Source of the DNA: an uncultured virus (IMG/VR IMGVR_UViG_3300032282_002789)
Lineage: Duplodnaviria; Heunggongvirae; Uroviricota; Caudoviricetes
IMG/VR virus record: IMGVR_UViG_3300032282_002789
DNA: 64,000 nucleotides
Direction: 5' to 3' (one strand)
Shown: one piece after another, positions 1-11,135 of the stretch
How positions within the stretch are numbered: the first letter of the stretch is position 1
Layout of the letters: each line of letters begins with the position of its first letter
Translations under genes and position numbers: made by a program
The notes under the pieces: generated by a model
What the model was told of the DNA's origin: nothing
What the model saw: only the letters and a program-made list of their open reading frames with translations
The model's database searches: none

Positions 1-144
1 GTTCTTTAACTCAAGACTTAGTAATGCCAGAAGTTGTGTCTTCTAGTAATCCTTTTTTCTAGTTAAACCACACAAAAGCCTAAAAAGGGTGGAAACTATT
101 ACCAAGGAAAAGGCCTTTCCCAAATTAATCCTTAAGGAGTTAAT

Positions 145-540
145 ATGACAATCTCACCAGCACCTCGTTTCCCAGAGCGTGCACCACAGGTTTATGAGCG
201 CAAGGGTGCAGACAATGCAACTCGCCGTGGACCACTTCGTTTTGAAGAAGGTATTGCAACTGATACTGATGTTCCAAACGATTTTCAATTAGGAATGGAA
301 CAAGGATCTGCCACTGCGGCTGGTCGTCCAAACCGTAATGCTCCAGTATGGCAAAAACCTGCTGCTGAGACATTAGCAGAGCGTGCACATGTAGGATCTG
401 CTGCATGGGCAGAAGCACCAACTTATCTTGGTGAGTTTGCACATGGAACAATGAACGACTACTCAGCCGCTCAGATTGAGACAGTTGCTCGTTCAGGTGG
501 ACGTACACAGCGTCAATCACCAACAGTCGTAAACGACTAA
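145..540 (+). CDS. hypothetical phage protein (head module)
   Basis: 131-aa ORF with AAGGAG Shine-Dalgarno (SD), upstream of portal. Confidence 0.75.
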   Translation: MTISPAPRFPERAPQVYERKGADNATRRGPLRFEEGIATDTDVPNDFQLGMEQGSATAAGRPNRNAPVWQKPAAETLAERAHVGSAAWAEAPTYLGEFAHGTMNDYSAAQIETVARSGGRTQRQSPTVVND

Positions 541-554
541 GTACTTATTAACAC

Positions 555-593
555 CCAACTCCGCTCATGCTATAGGGTATGAGCGGAGATTGG
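555..593 (+). terminator. stem-loop after ORF 145-540 (terminator or mRNA stabiliser)
   Basis: CTCCGCTCAT...ATGAGCGGAG inverted repeat; no clear U-tract. Confidence 0.45.
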
Positions 594-614
594 TCATCTA
601 CGGAGGAGACGTAA

Positions 615-878
615 ATGCGTAAACCTGCTAACCCAAAACTGTATGCAATGTTTGTTGCACAGGCACGGGCAAAATATTCTTCTTATCCAAATCCAGGAGC
701 AAGTGCTTGGGTTAGTAAAAAGTACCAACAAGCAGGCGGACAGTATATTGAAACTACTGAAGCAAGTCGTCGTGCTAACATGGCTAAAAAGAAAAAAGAA
801 AACGAAAATAATAAAGAACGTGAAAGTAAAAAAGACGTAAAGAAATCTAAAAAAGAAAAAGATAAAGGCAATAAGTAA
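615..878 (+). CDS. small Lys-rich basic protein
   Basis: GGAGG SD; very basic C-terminus; TAATG overlap with portal. Confidence 0.7.
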   Translation: MRKPANPKLYAMFVAQARAKYSSYPNPGASAWVSKKYQQAGGQYIETTEASRRANMAKKKKENENNKERESKKDVKKSKKEKDKGNK

Positions 879-2614
879 TGTCATTTTTGGACTTTAGTCC
901 GCCGTCATACAGAGCGGCATCATCTGACTTAACTATTTCTATTTCTCCTTTAGGATTAGTAGAACTTGCTGATGAAGAATTTGAGGTTCACGGTCCTCGT
1001 TTAAACCGTTACTCACTTAACTGGGCAATGTATCTAGGACACCATTGGGGGTATCGTCGTGAGCAAGGTGAAATGCAAATCGCCGTTAACTATTATCGGG
1101 CTTTTAACGATTATCTTTCCCGTTTTACTTTTGGCCGTGGCGTTCACTTTCGCTCTCCAAAAGCGACTGAAGCGATTGTACCTGACAGGTTGGAACGTGT
1201 TTGGGAAGTAGATAACGACAAGATGCGTGTCCTACTTGAAATGGGACAACAAGGCGGAATTACTGGAGATTGTTTTGTAAAAATAGCGTACGAAGAACCT
1301 TGGACAGACTCTGCAAATCTATTACATCCTGGTCGTGTTCGTATTCTTCCAATGAACTCATCCTTTTGTTTTCCAGAATTTCATCCACATGATAGAACAA
1401 GATTATTAAGATTTAAACAGAAGTATCGTTTTTGGGGAACATCCTTAGAAGGTACTCGTCAAGTATTTACTTACACTGAAATTCTTACAGATGACATGAT
1501 TGAAGAATATGTAAACGATGAACTGATTGATTCACGACCAAATCCACTTGGCGTAATCCCTGTAGTTCACATACCTAATGTTCCTGTTTCAGGATCACCG
1601 TGGGGTCTCTCAGACGCACACGACATCATCACTATAAACCGTGCATACAACGAAATTAGCACTGATGTTGCAGACATCATTAACTACCACGCATCACCAG
1701 TAACGGTAATCGTGGGTGCTAAAGCCTCCAACTTAGAAAAGGGCGCAAAAAAGGTTTGGGGCGGTCTTCCAAAAGACGCCCAAGTCTTCAACTTAGAAGG
1801 TGGTGCTCAAGGTATAGACGGAGCCTTGAAATACTTAGAACTTCTAAAAAGATCTATGCACGAACTTATGAACATTCCAGAAACTGCGCTTGGACAAGTT
1901 CAGCCAATTTCAAATACTTCTGGTGTAGCACTTTCTATTCAGTATCAACCATTAATGAATCGTTATTCACAGAAGGTAGCCCAATACGGAAAAGGCTTAG
2001 AAAAGATCAATGAACTAGTAATAAAGACTCTTGCAGTTAAAGAACCACAAACCTTTATTTATAACCCAGATGAAGATGGGCCAATTAAAGAGGGTCAGTA
2101 TCCACAACTAGACCCTAATGATCCAGTTACATACATTAACTACGCACAATTCCCACAACCTCTCCCACTTGATAAATTGATCGTGCTCAACGAGATCCAG
2201 ACCAAGTTGGGAATGGGCTTAGAGTCTAAAGAAGGCGCATTGCGTCAACTTGGAGAAGAATTCCCAGAAGAGAAGTTGCAGGAAATTCGTGAGGAACTTA
2301 TGTCTGATGCTCAGGCTGATGGCGCTCTACAACTTGTCAAGATTCAGATTCAGAAACAGATTATGGATATGACAGGCATGATGCCTGGTCCTGATGGCAA
2401 TAGTGCTATTCCAATGCAACCAACCGTTTTGGGAGATGGGGATGTGATGGGCGATGGAATGGAAGGCCCACAAGACCCAAATAACCCAATGAATCCTGCA
2501 AGTCAAGAGACTAAAGGCATGGAAGTACAGGCCGAAGCAGAGATAAGAAACAAACTCGTCACTGATGCTTATGGAACAAAAATTCCACAAAGAAGAACAG
2601 TAGACAGAGATTAA
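878..2614 (+). CDS. portal protein (SPP1 gp6-like)
   Basis: NPLGVIPVVHIPN...WGLSD and NTSGVAL motifs; size; position before scaffold and capsid. Confidence 0.9.
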   Translation: MSFLDFSPPSYRAASSDLTISISPLGLVELADEEFEVHGPRLNRYSLNWAMYLGHHWGYRREQGEMQIAVNYYRAFNDYLSRFTFGRGVHFRSPKATEAIVPDRLERVWEVDNDKMRVLLEMGQQGGITGDCFVKIAYEEPWTDSANLLHPGRVRILPMNSSFCFPEFHPHDRTRLLRFKQKYRFWGTSLEGTRQVFTYTEILTDDMIEEYVNDELIDSRPNPLGVIPVVHIPNVPVSGSPWGLSDAHDIITINRAYNEISTDVADIINYHASPVTVIVGAKASNLEKGAKKVWGGLPKDAQVFNLEGGAQGIDGALKYLELLKRSMHELMNIPETALGQVQPISNTSGVALSIQYQPLMNRYSQKVAQYGKGLEKINELVIKTLAVKEPQTFIYNPDEDGPIKEGQYPQLDPNDPVTYINYAQFPQPLPLDKLIVLNEIQTKLGMGLESKEGALRQLGEEFPEEKLQEIREELMSDAQADGALQLVKIQIQKQIMDMTGMMPGPDGNSAIPMQPTVLGDGDVMGDGMEGPQDPNNPMNPASQETKGMEVQAEAEIRNKLVTDAYGTKIPQRRTVDRD

Positions 2615-2738
2615 TTAGAATTCTGATATAAAATTCAGAATACAGCGAGACATACTCACTTTAATAGAGTGGACTTGTATCGTTATAAACCAACGTGGTA
2701 AGCCGTAAGGCATTCGGACAATGACCCAAGAAACATAG

Positions 2739-3506
2739 GTGATTACTATGGAAAATGCAACACAGGATATGCAAGTAATGCAAGAAATTGCTGTTGCGGA
2801 AGCAGCGGCCGTAGTAGAAGCGAGTGGTGAGACATCAGTGTACACAGTCGATGATCTTGCAAAAGCACGAGAGCAAGAGAAGTCTAAGTTGTACCCACAA
2901 CTTGAAAAAATGAGAGAAGAACTTTCATCTCTACGAAAAGAAAAAGAAGAAGAAGCAGCACGTAGAACACAACTTGAAACAGCAAAACAAGCCGAAGAGT
3001 TGTCTATACAAAAAGCAAAGGAAGAAGAAGAACTTTCTTTTAAAGATCTCCTAAAAAAGAAGGAGCAAGAATTTCAGTCTCAATTAGAGGCTGAGCGTCT
3101 TGAAAGAGAACGTGCTTTTGCTCTTCTAGATCAGGAACGTAAGTTCCAAGAAGTAACAAACTATCGTTCATCACGAGTCGAACAAGAACGGGACAATATT
3201 GTTCCTGAATTAATTGATTTAGTTGATGGTAACACTGCAGATGAGATTGAGCAAAGCATCGCAATGTTGAAAGAAAAATCTGCTCGAATTTTGTCATCTG
3301 CCCAACAGGCAATGCAAAGTGCAAGACAACAAATGGCAGGAACTCGAATTACTAATCCTGCCGCAGGACCCCTCGATAATGACTCGGATCAAAAAACGTA
3401 CTCACCTGATTCGATCAGGGAAATGTCATTGGCGGACTATGCGAAACAAAGAGCCAAGTTACTTGGCACTGCTGCAAGCAATCGTGGTCAGGGACTGTTC
3501 GGTTAA
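2739..3506 (+). CDS. capsid scaffolding protein
   Basis: coiled-coil, E/K/Q-rich; between portal and capsid; start may be ATG 2748. Confidence 0.8.
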   Translation: MITMENATQDMQVMQEIAVAEAAAVVEASGETSVYTVDDLAKAREQEKSKLYPQLEKMREELSSLRKEKEEEAARRTQLETAKQAEELSIQKAKEEEELSFKDLLKKKEQEFQSQLEAERLERERAFALLDQERKFQEVTNYRSSRVEQERDNIVPELIDLVDGNTADEIEQSIAMLKEKSARILSSAQQAMQSARQQMAGTRITNPAAGPLDNDSDQKTYSPDSIREMSLADYAKQRAKLLGTAASNRGQGLFG

Positions 3507-3540
3507 TCCCAAACAACTACTAGGAAAGGACTTGACCTAA

Positions 3541-4671
3541 ATGGCAAGTGCAATTACAGGTACAGGGCAACTCGCAGGCGCCCCAACCGCTTACTCAGGC
3601 AGCAACAGCAGCCTGAACCAAGCAATTCAAACAATCTGGTCGAAAGAAATTTTGTTCCAGGCAATGCCAATTCTTCGTTTCGAACAATTTGCAGTTAAGA
3701 AGACTGAACTAGGTGTAGCACCTGGTCTTCGTGTGAACTTCCTTCGTTACAAGAACTTCGCAATTGATCCAACTCCTCTTACAGAAGGCGTTCGTATGAC
3801 AACAAACGCACTTACTGCAGAGCAAATCGCAATTACAGTTGCAGAGCACGGTTATGCCGTTGCTGTTTCTGAATTGCTTCTTAATGCATCATTTGATGAT
3901 GTAATGGCTTCAGCATCTCGTCTTCTAGGTCGCCACATGGCACAGTACTTAGATGTACAAGCACGCAACACTCTCTCTGCTGCAACTTCAGCAGTCTTTG
4001 GATACAACCGTTCAGCACTACAAGGTGTTAACGATTGGTACAACGAAGGCACAGCAGCAACAGCAGTTGCAGAACTTGATGGTGGGTTTAACCTATCAAC
4101 AGGTGCTGTAAAAGATGCCGCTCTTACCCTTGCTGGTAAGAACATCCCTCGTTTAGGCGAGACATACGTAATGTTCGTTCATCCAAAACAGTCACGAGAT
4201 ATTCGTTCGAACCCAGAGTTCATCGAAGTAACTAAGTACGCTGCTCCAGGTAACTTCATGTTAGGTGAAATCGGACGTCTGTATGACGTAGTATTTATCG
4301 AAACCACACAGGTTAGAAAAGTACTTGCTGCAGAAAGTTACGGAAACTACACCGCTAACGTTGGTGCTCCTGCATCACAGATTGAAGTTCCTGTAAAGGC
4401 TAACACAGCCCCAGGACAAGGTGGTAACCCAGTATCTGCAGATTACACAGCAGAAAAAGGTTATTTCACTTCTGAGTCTGGTTGGACTGCAGACATCTAT
4501 GAAGCAATCATGATTGGTGACAATGCATTTGGTCACGCAATCTCACTCCCTGTTGAACTACGTGACGGTGGCGTTCTTGACTTCGGTCGTGAGCACGCTC
4601 TTGCTTGGTACGCAATTTGGGGTCTTGGCGTAATCACAGATCAAGCGATCTGTAAGGTTTACACCAACTAA
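3541..4671 (+). CDS. major capsid protein (N4-gp56-like, HK97 fold)
   Basis: LTEG, EHGYAVAVSE, GEIGRLYDVVFIET, DFGRE motifs. Confidence 0.92.
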   Translation: MASAITGTGQLAGAPTAYSGSNSSLNQAIQTIWSKEILFQAMPILRFEQFAVKKTELGVAPGLRVNFLRYKNFAIDPTPLTEGVRMTTNALTAEQIAITVAEHGYAVAVSELLLNASFDDVMASASRLLGRHMAQYLDVQARNTLSAATSAVFGYNRSALQGVNDWYNEGTAATAVAELDGGFNLSTGAVKDAALTLAGKNIPRLGETYVMFVHPKQSRDIRSNPEFIEVTKYAAPGNFMLGEIGRLYDVVFIETTQVRKVLAAESYGNYTANVGAPASQIEVPVKANTAPGQGGNPVSADYTAEKGYFTSESGWTADIYEAIMIGDNAFGHAISLPVELRDGGVLDFGREHALAWYAIWGLGVITDQAICKVYTN

Positions 4672-4683
4672 TTGATTTACCCT

Positions 4684-4724
4684 GATGTCTGGGAGCCATA
4701 CTCCTTCTTTGGCTCCCAGCCATC
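4684..4724 (+). terminator. stem-loop after the capsid gene
   Basis: CTGGGAGCCA/TGGCTCCCAG perfect 10-bp stem. Confidence 0.55.
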
Positions 4725-4751
4725 AACAACTAACTTAGGAGAATAACTATC

Positions 4752-5123
4752 GTGGCAAATACACAAACAAGTCCGCTTGATGCAACAGGCAGAGCAGCGG
4801 AACAAGCAACAAAAAAGAATGCGTCAGAACTAAAGAAACGTAAAGAAGAACTTTCTATCGCTACTCAAATTGAGGCGGAGAGTTTGGAAAAGGATGTATT
4901 CGATCCTAAAAAACCAGACGTTCCTCTTGTTTTAGATGATATTGAAAATGTCGGAGTATCAACTGCTGGAGACTATGTAGTCATCCGCACAATTACTGAC
5001 GTTGACGAGATGACCTATGGAGTGGGTAATGTTTACACCTTTAAAGCAGGTGTTAAATATAGAGTTCCATCAAGTCTTGCAAATTATTTAGAACAACTTG
5101 GCTATATTTGGCGGCCTAACTAA
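4752..5123 (+). CDS. hypothetical head-associated protein
   Basis: AGGAG SD, GTG start, directly after capsid. Confidence 0.7.
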   Translation: MANTQTSPLDATGRAAEQATKKNASELKKRKEELSIATQIEAESLEKDVFDPKKPDVPLVLDDIENVGVSTAGDYVVIRTITDVDEMTYGVGNVYTFKAGVKYRVPSSLANYLEQLGYIWRPN

Positions 5124-5142
5124 ATTTAGCCCGTCGTTAATA

Positions 5143-5198
5143 GTCCGACTCTCAACTGGTTCCCGCCCTCCTCCCAGTTGGGAGTTGGACCTTTTTTT
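5143..5198 (+). terminator. rho-independent terminator
   Basis: GTCCGACTCTCAACTGG...CCAGTTGGGAGTTGGAC stem followed by T7. Confidence 0.85.
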
Positions 5199-5256
5199 GC
5201 GCTGAATAAATGTTAGTTACACGAGATGATTAGCAAATAAATTTTACGGAGGTTAT

Positions 5257-6315
5257 GTGGCTACGATTTCAAGCCTTGCGGATCGATTAAGGTCTGAAAT
5301 TGGCGATACACCTAAGTCTTTTGTATACCCATTTACGGCTGACGGTACAACTAATCGTTTTTTAGTTCCTTACTCTCCTCTTGATGGTGCTAACCTTGTT
5401 GTAAATCAAAACGGCAGTGATGTTTCAACGGATGTTCAAGTTGAAGAGGCTACAGGTTACATAGTATTTGATACTAGCCCTGCAGATGGGGACACAATTA
5501 TTGTTGCTGGTAACTACTATCGATATTTTACTGATACTGAAACTTGTCAATTTATAAGTGATGCATTTGCTCAACACTCAGCATTTCATACTGATGCGTA
5601 TGGACGTACTGTAAGTTTAATGAATTTACCTGGGTTAGAAGAATATCCAGTAGTTGTTTATGCTTCAACTTTAGCATTATATACATTAGCCAATGATGCT
5701 GCTTTTGATATTAACGTCTTTGCTCCAGATGGTGTGACAATTCCACGATCTGAAAGATATCAACAGTTAATGCAAATGATACAAACAAGAAAAGAACAAT
5801 ATAAAGAACTTTGTTCACAACTTGGTATTGGTCTTTACAAAATTGATGTATTTAGTTTACGTAGAATTTCTAAAACTACAAATCATTACATTCCAATATT
5901 TCAACCTCAAGAAATTGATGATGCTTCAACTCCTGTTCGTGTTCATCTTCCTACTCCTACTTATGGAAACGTTGAATTACCTGTACCAGTTGTTACTCAA
6001 GATTTAAATGTTTATGAAGGTGATGCATATGAATTCAGTATTCGTTTAGGTATTGAGGTAGATACTCTTACTCCATTAGCAGAAATTAGAGCACTTCCAG
6101 GAGCGGCTCAATTAATAACTACCTTTACAATAACAAAACCAGATATTACAGAAGACGGTGATAACCTTCGTACACTAGTATTGTCTCTTACAGGTGATCA
6201 AACACGGTTGCTTCCAGGAACTTCATATTATGATGTTCAATTAACAAACGTTGATAATGTCACAAAAACATATGTATCTGGAAAGATATTTAAGACAGCA
6301 GAGGTAAGTCAATGA
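5257..6315 (+). CDS. putative head-tail adaptor/neck protein with beta-sandwich domains
   Basis: LRSEIGD...YFTD adaptor-like N-terminus; C-terminal YYDVQL domain; position. Confidence 0.6.
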   Translation: MATISSLADRLRSEIGDTPKSFVYPFTADGTTNRFLVPYSPLDGANLVVNQNGSDVSTDVQVEEATGYIVFDTSPADGDTIIVAGNYYRYFTDTETCQFISDAFAQHSAFHTDAYGRTVSLMNLPGLEEYPVVVYASTLALYTLANDAAFDINVFAPDGVTIPRSERYQQLMQMIQTRKEQYKELCSQLGIGLYKIDVFSLRRISKTTNHYIPIFQPQEIDDASTPVRVHLPTPTYGNVELPVPVVTQDLNVYEGDAYEFSIRLGIEVDTLTPLAEIRALPGAAQLITTFTITKPDITEDGDNLRTLVLSLTGDQTRLLPGTSYYDVQLTNVDNVTKTYVSGKIFKTAEVSQ

Positions 6316-6833
6316 GTCCACAGTATCAACGCCCAGGGTCTAATCAAGTTCCTATTGCGGTAAATGATGTTGTATTAATTACAACTCCAGATGGTACCAA
6401 CCACCCTGCGGGTTGTGATTGTGGCGTTTGTAGCGGTTCTGGTGGAGCAGCAACAGGAACCCAAGGAACGCAAGGTGTTCGTGGTGCACAGGGATTACAG
6501 GGCGTACAAGGTACTCAAGGATTACTTGGTGCAGGTACTCAGGGTGTACAAGGAAGATTAGGAACTCAAGGAACATTAGGAACGCAAGGAGTTCAAGGAA
6601 CTAAAGGTGATCCAGGAACTCTTCAAAATATTGCTAACTATGTGGCATACGAACATACCCAAGGATCAGCCAGTGCCTCTTGGACAATTGTTCATAATTT
6701 AGGATTTAAACCTAACCTTACAGTTGTAGACTCTGCTGGTAACATTGTGGAAGGCGAAATTACGTACACTAATTCGAACTCACTTACGGTCTCTTTTCAG
6801 TCAGCCTTTAGCGGATACGCTTATTTATCTTAA
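6312..6833 (+). CDS. short collagen-like fibre protein
   Basis: Gly-X-Y repeats; C-terminal WTIVHNLG...VVD domain; HPAGCDCGVC motif. Confidence 0.75.
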   Translation: MSPQYQRPGSNQVPIAVNDVVLITTPDGTNHPAGCDCGVCSGSGGAATGTQGTQGVRGAQGLQGVQGTQGLLGAGTQGVQGRLGTQGTLGTQGVQGTKGDPGTLQNIANYVAYEHTQGSASASWTIVHNLGFKPNLTVVDSAGNIVEGEITYTNSNSLTVSFQSAFSGYAYLS

Positions 6834-6847
6834 GGAGATAAAAGAAT

Positions 6848-9715
6848 ATGGCCCGTAAGTTTTTAACACCGATTGACTTAGGTAAATTAGAATTACAAAA
6901 TGCTCGTATCCAAAACTTAGCAACAGTATCTGCACCAGCCAATCCAGTCGAAGGTCAGATTTACTACGACACTAATGACAAAGTTGTAAAGACATGGAAC
7001 GGTACTGCATGGATTAATGCAAGCCAAGGTACACAAGGAACTACTGGAGCACAAGGTACGCAAGGTACCGTTGGTGCACAGGGAACACTTGGTACACAAG
7101 GAACTTTAGGTAGTCAAGGTACCGTTGGTGCACAGGGCACCGTTGGATCACAAGGTACAGTTGGTTCTCAAGGAACCATTGGTTCACAAGGTACAGTAGG
7201 TTCACAAGGTACTGTTGGATCACAAGGAACTGTTGGTGCACAAGGTACTGCTGGTTATGTCGGTGCTGATGGTGCACAAGGTACACAAGGAACTTTAGGT
7301 GCACAGGGAGCAGTTGGTTCTCAAGGTACACAGGGAACTCTTGGTGCTCAAGGCACACAAGGAACTCTTGGTGCTCAAGGAGTACAGGGAACTGTTGGTT
7401 CACAAGGTACTCAGGGAACACTAGGAGCCCAAGGTACTGTTGGTTCACAGGGTGTACAAGGTCTTGATGGAATTCAAGGTACACAGGGACGTGAAGGTAA
7501 CTTCGGTGGTGTAACTGTTGAGTATGCAACAAACTCAAGTACAACTATGTCTGATCCTGGTTCAGGAACTATTCGTTTTAACACTGCAGATACCTCAATA
7601 TCAACACACATTGCAATTGACGTAGAAGACATAAACGCATTTAATCTTGCTTCTTATTTACAGACAATTGATGATTCTACATCTCCAATTAAGGGCCATG
7701 TAAAAATTACTGATAAAACAAATGCTGCAGTATTTGGCATTTGGGCAATTAACTCAATGGTTGATAACAGTGGTTGGTACAACCTTGATGTAACACCATT
7801 ATCAGGCAGTGGAAATATTCCAGATAGCAGTGATGTACTTGTAACATTTGCTCGTACAGGTGATGTCGGTGCACAAGGTACTCAAGGTACTCTTGGAGCG
7901 CAAGGCGTACAAGGCACTGTTGGTTCTCAAGGTACTCAAGGAACATTGGGAGCGCAAGGCACACAAGGCACACTTGGTGCACAAGGCACTATTGGTTCAC
8001 AAGGTACAGTTGGTTCACAGGGAACTGTTGGTAGCCAAGGAACTGATGGAACACAAGGAACTGTAGGTTCTCAAGGCACCGTTGGTGCTCAAGGAACACA
8101 GGGAACAATTGGTTCTCAAGGAGTACAAGGAAGCGTTGGTTCTCAAGGTACTCAAGGAACTGTTGGTTCTCAAGGCGTACAAGGAACTGTAGGTTCACAG
8201 GGAACTCAAGGTACATTAGGTGCACAAGGCACTCAAGGAACTCTAGGCGCACAAGGTGTTCAAGGTAGTCTTGGTACACAGGGTGCTACAGGTACCTTTG
8301 GTGGAGAAACTTTTGAGTACAATTACTTAACTAATACCTTAAACACAGATCCAACTGCAGGTAACTTTAAGTTTAACTCCGCAACATTCTCATCTGTAAC
8401 TAATCTTTACATCGATAATATTGATGCAAATGCAACAGACATTACTTCATTCCTACAAACTATTGATGACTCAACATCACAAGTTAAGGGAACAATTAAA
8501 GTAACTGATATTACAGATCCTCTTAACTATGCATTCTTCCAAATTATTGGAACTCACAATGAAAACGGCGGCGCTTACTTTACAGTGCCAGTTGCATACG
8601 TATCAGGTCCTCTATCACTTGCTAATAATGACAATGCATATCTAACATTTGCACGAGTTGGTGACAAGGGTGATACTGGTGCCCAAGGTACAACTGGTGC
8701 ACAAGGCGTACAAGGTACAGTTGGTAGCCAGGGAACCCAAGGAACTCTTGGAGCCCAAGGAACCACTGGTGCTCAAGGCACACAAGGCACAACAGGTACT
8801 CAAGGTACAGTCGGTTCTCAAGGAACTCAAGGCGTACAAGGAACTCTTGGAGCCCAAGGTACTCAGGGAACTAAGGGTACTGATGGTGCTCAAGGAACTG
8901 ATGGTACGCAAGGTACCGTTGGTAGCCAAGGTACAGTTGGTGCTCAAGGAACTGTAGGTTCTCAAGGAACTGTAGGTTCACAAGGAACTGTTGGTGCTCA
9001 AGGTGCTGTTGGATCCCAAGGTACTTTAGGTACTCAAGGTGCTACTGGTGCTCAAGGCACACAGGGAACACTTGGTGCACAAGGTGTACAAGGTACCCTT
9101 GGTGCTCAGGGTGTTCAAGGACATTCAGATCGCTATAAGACAACCTCTACAACATCACGTTCAATTGCAGTAGCAAATAACGTAAGTTTTGTACTGGCTG
9201 ATCCAGATCTTTCTTACTCAGTAGGTCAGGACGTAGTAGTTGCTTACGATGTAAACAACAACATGTCTGCAACTGTAGTAAGTTACACATCAGGAACTGA
9301 CACACTTGTTGTAAACGTAAATGACGTTAGAGGTTCAGGAACATACGCTGTATGGTCTATCAACCTAGACGGTGCTACTGGTGTACAAGGTACAACAGGT
9401 GCACAGGGCGTACAAGGAACTCTTGGAACTCAAGGTACTCAAGGAACTTTAGGTGCACAAGGTACCTCTGGTCAACTTGGAACTTACGCAGCAACCATCA
9501 CTGGAGATTCCACAGATGCTGGAGCAACTGGAACTACACAGTTCACAGTAACTCACAGTCTTGGAACTACAGACATTATGGTTACTGTATGGGATACCAC
9601 TACTAAAGCCGAAGTTGTAACAGATGTTGTTTATGTAACATCCGCTACAGTAACAATCGGGTTTGCAGTGGCTCCAGTTACAACTCAATCTTACAGGGTA
9701 GTAGTTAAGGCTTAA
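6848..9715 (+). CDS. long collagen-like fibre protein
   Basis: four Gly-X-Y tracts (GTQ/GSQ/GAQ/GTV) separated by globular domains. Confidence 0.88.
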   Translation: MARKFLTPIDLGKLELQNARIQNLATVSAPANPVEGQIYYDTNDKVVKTWNGTAWINASQGTQGTTGAQGTQGTVGAQGTLGTQGTLGSQGTVGAQGTVGSQGTVGSQGTIGSQGTVGSQGTVGSQGTVGAQGTAGYVGADGAQGTQGTLGAQGAVGSQGTQGTLGAQGTQGTLGAQGVQGTVGSQGTQGTLGAQGTVGSQGVQGLDGIQGTQGREGNFGGVTVEYATNSSTTMSDPGSGTIRFNTADTSISTHIAIDVEDINAFNLASYLQTIDDSTSPIKGHVKITDKTNAAVFGIWAINSMVDNSGWYNLDVTPLSGSGNIPDSSDVLVTFARTGDVGAQGTQGTLGAQGVQGTVGSQGTQGTLGAQGTQGTLGAQGTIGSQGTVGSQGTVGSQGTDGTQGTVGSQGTVGAQGTQGTIGSQGVQGSVGSQGTQGTVGSQGVQGTVGSQGTQGTLGAQGTQGTLGAQGVQGSLGTQGATGTFGGETFEYNYLTNTLNTDPTAGNFKFNSATFSSVTNLYIDNIDANATDITSFLQTIDDSTSQVKGTIKVTDITDPLNYAFFQIIGTHNENGGAYFTVPVAYVSGPLSLANNDNAYLTFARVGDKGDTGAQGTTGAQGVQGTVGSQGTQGTLGAQGTTGAQGTQGTTGTQGTVGSQGTQGVQGTLGAQGTQGTKGTDGAQGTDGTQGTVGSQGTVGAQGTVGSQGTVGSQGTVGAQGAVGSQGTLGTQGATGAQGTQGTLGAQGVQGTLGAQGVQGHSDRYKTTSTTSRSIAVANNVSFVLADPDLSYSVGQDVVVAYDVNNNMSATVVSYTSGTDTLVVNVNDVRGSGTYAVWSINLDGATGVQGTTGAQGVQGTLGTQGTQGTLGAQGTSGQLGTYAATITGDSTDAGATGTTQFTVTHSLGTTDIMVTVWDTTTKAEVVTDVVYVTSATVTIGFAVAPVTTQSYRVVVKA

Positions 9716-11135
9716 TACGTGAGTAGAAGAGCCTTAGTACCTCTTAATGTACTTGCCGTAGGCGCAGAGCCTGTCGGCAGGTACGTTGGAGATCTCTATT
9801 ACAATGTAGATACACGAAATGTGTATGTATTTGATGGAGTACAATGGCTTGAAATTCTTGCTAACACTGCTGCAGATATTATTGAGGGCGGAAATGAAGA
9901 AGGCGGATCTGATACTGTCCAAGGAATTGCAGATGGAGGAAATGAGTTAAATGGAAGTGACACCTATACACTTTCCTATGATGGTGGAGGAGTAATGTAA
10001 TGTCAGTAACAATTAAATTACGTCGTGGTACTGCGGCTCAATGGACTGCTAATAATCCAACCCTTGCTGCTGGTGAGATGGGTGTTGAGACCGACACTGG
10101 CAAACTTAAAATAGGCAATGGAGTTTCTGACTGGGCTGGTTTAGCCTACGGTGGACTTCAAGGTATTCAGGGAACACAAGGCGTTCAAGGTGTACAGGGT
10201 ACACAGGGCGTGCAGGGAGTTCAAGGATTACAAGGAGTTCAAGGTACAGTTGGTGCTCAAGGAATTCAAGGCACTCAAGGAACTCAAGGAACTCAGGGAA
10301 CTCAAGGTACTCAAGGTACACAAGGCGTTCAAAGCATTGCTACACAAGGTACGCAAGGTACTCAAGGTGTACAGGGAACTCTTGGTACACAAGGCACTCA
10401 AGGTACAACTGGATCTCAGGGTATCCAAGGAACACAGGGTACTCAAGGTGTGCAAGGCACATTAGGAACTCAAGGAACTCTTGGAACTCAAGGTACTCAA
10501 GGCGTTATGGGTACATCTGGTTCTTCTTCTTCTAATTTTAATTACTCACTTGATAGTAATACAGCAGATGCAAAACCAGGGTCTGGTCAACTAAGGTTTA
10601 ATAATGCAACGCAAACTTCTTCAACCTATATTTATGTAGACCATATCAATGATTTGGGTGTAGATATTGATGCCCTATTGGCGCTTTTAAAATTAAATGA
10701 CAATATTATTATTCAAAAAAAGGCTGACTCAAATCAATATATTACATTTAGAGTAACTGGTGATGTAACAGTTGTATCTAATAGTTATGTAAAAATTCCA
10801 GTAGTAAGTGTTTCTGATGGCGGATCAGGAAATAATTCTTTTAATAATCAAGACACACTTGAATTAATTACATTTGTAACTGGTCTTCAAGGACCAATCG
10901 GTGCACAGGGAGCAACAGGTGCTGGAACTCAAGGTACTCAAGGTACTTTAGGCGCTCAAGGAGTGCAGGGTACACAAGGAACTCAAGGCACACAGGGAAC
11001 TTTAGGTGCACAAGGTGCACAAGGAACTACTGGTGCTCAAGGTGCTACAGGTGCTACAGGTGCTCAAGGCACACAAGGAACACTAGGTACACAGGGTACT
11101 AATGGAACTCAGGGTACTCAAGGAACACAAGGTCC
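7021..11135 (+). repeat. degenerate 9/18-bp coding repeats (CAAGGNACN-type) of the collagen tracts
   Basis: several long arrays inside ORFs 6848-9715 and 10000-11841. Confidence 0.9.
9719..10000 (+). CDS. small fibre-associated protein
   Basis: GDLYYN...YVFDGVQW motif, acidic DGG repeats. Confidence 0.65.
   Translation: MSRRALVPLNVLAVGAEPVGRYVGDLYYNVDTRNVYVFDGVQWLEILANTAADIIEGGNEEGGSDTVQGIADGGNELNGSDTYTLSYDGGGVM

Noticed and set aside
2615..2738. Structured ncRNA before the scaffold gene (GCC-GTAA-GGC and other short hairpins)
   Set aside because: Stems are too short to support without covariation data
6379..10465. Many alternative-frame and antisense ORFs over the collagen genes
   Set aside because: Shadows of periodic coding sequence
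6450..11135. CRISPR-like or non-coding repeat array
   Set aside because: The repeats are in-frame Gly-X-Y codons varying at third positions, with no unique spacers
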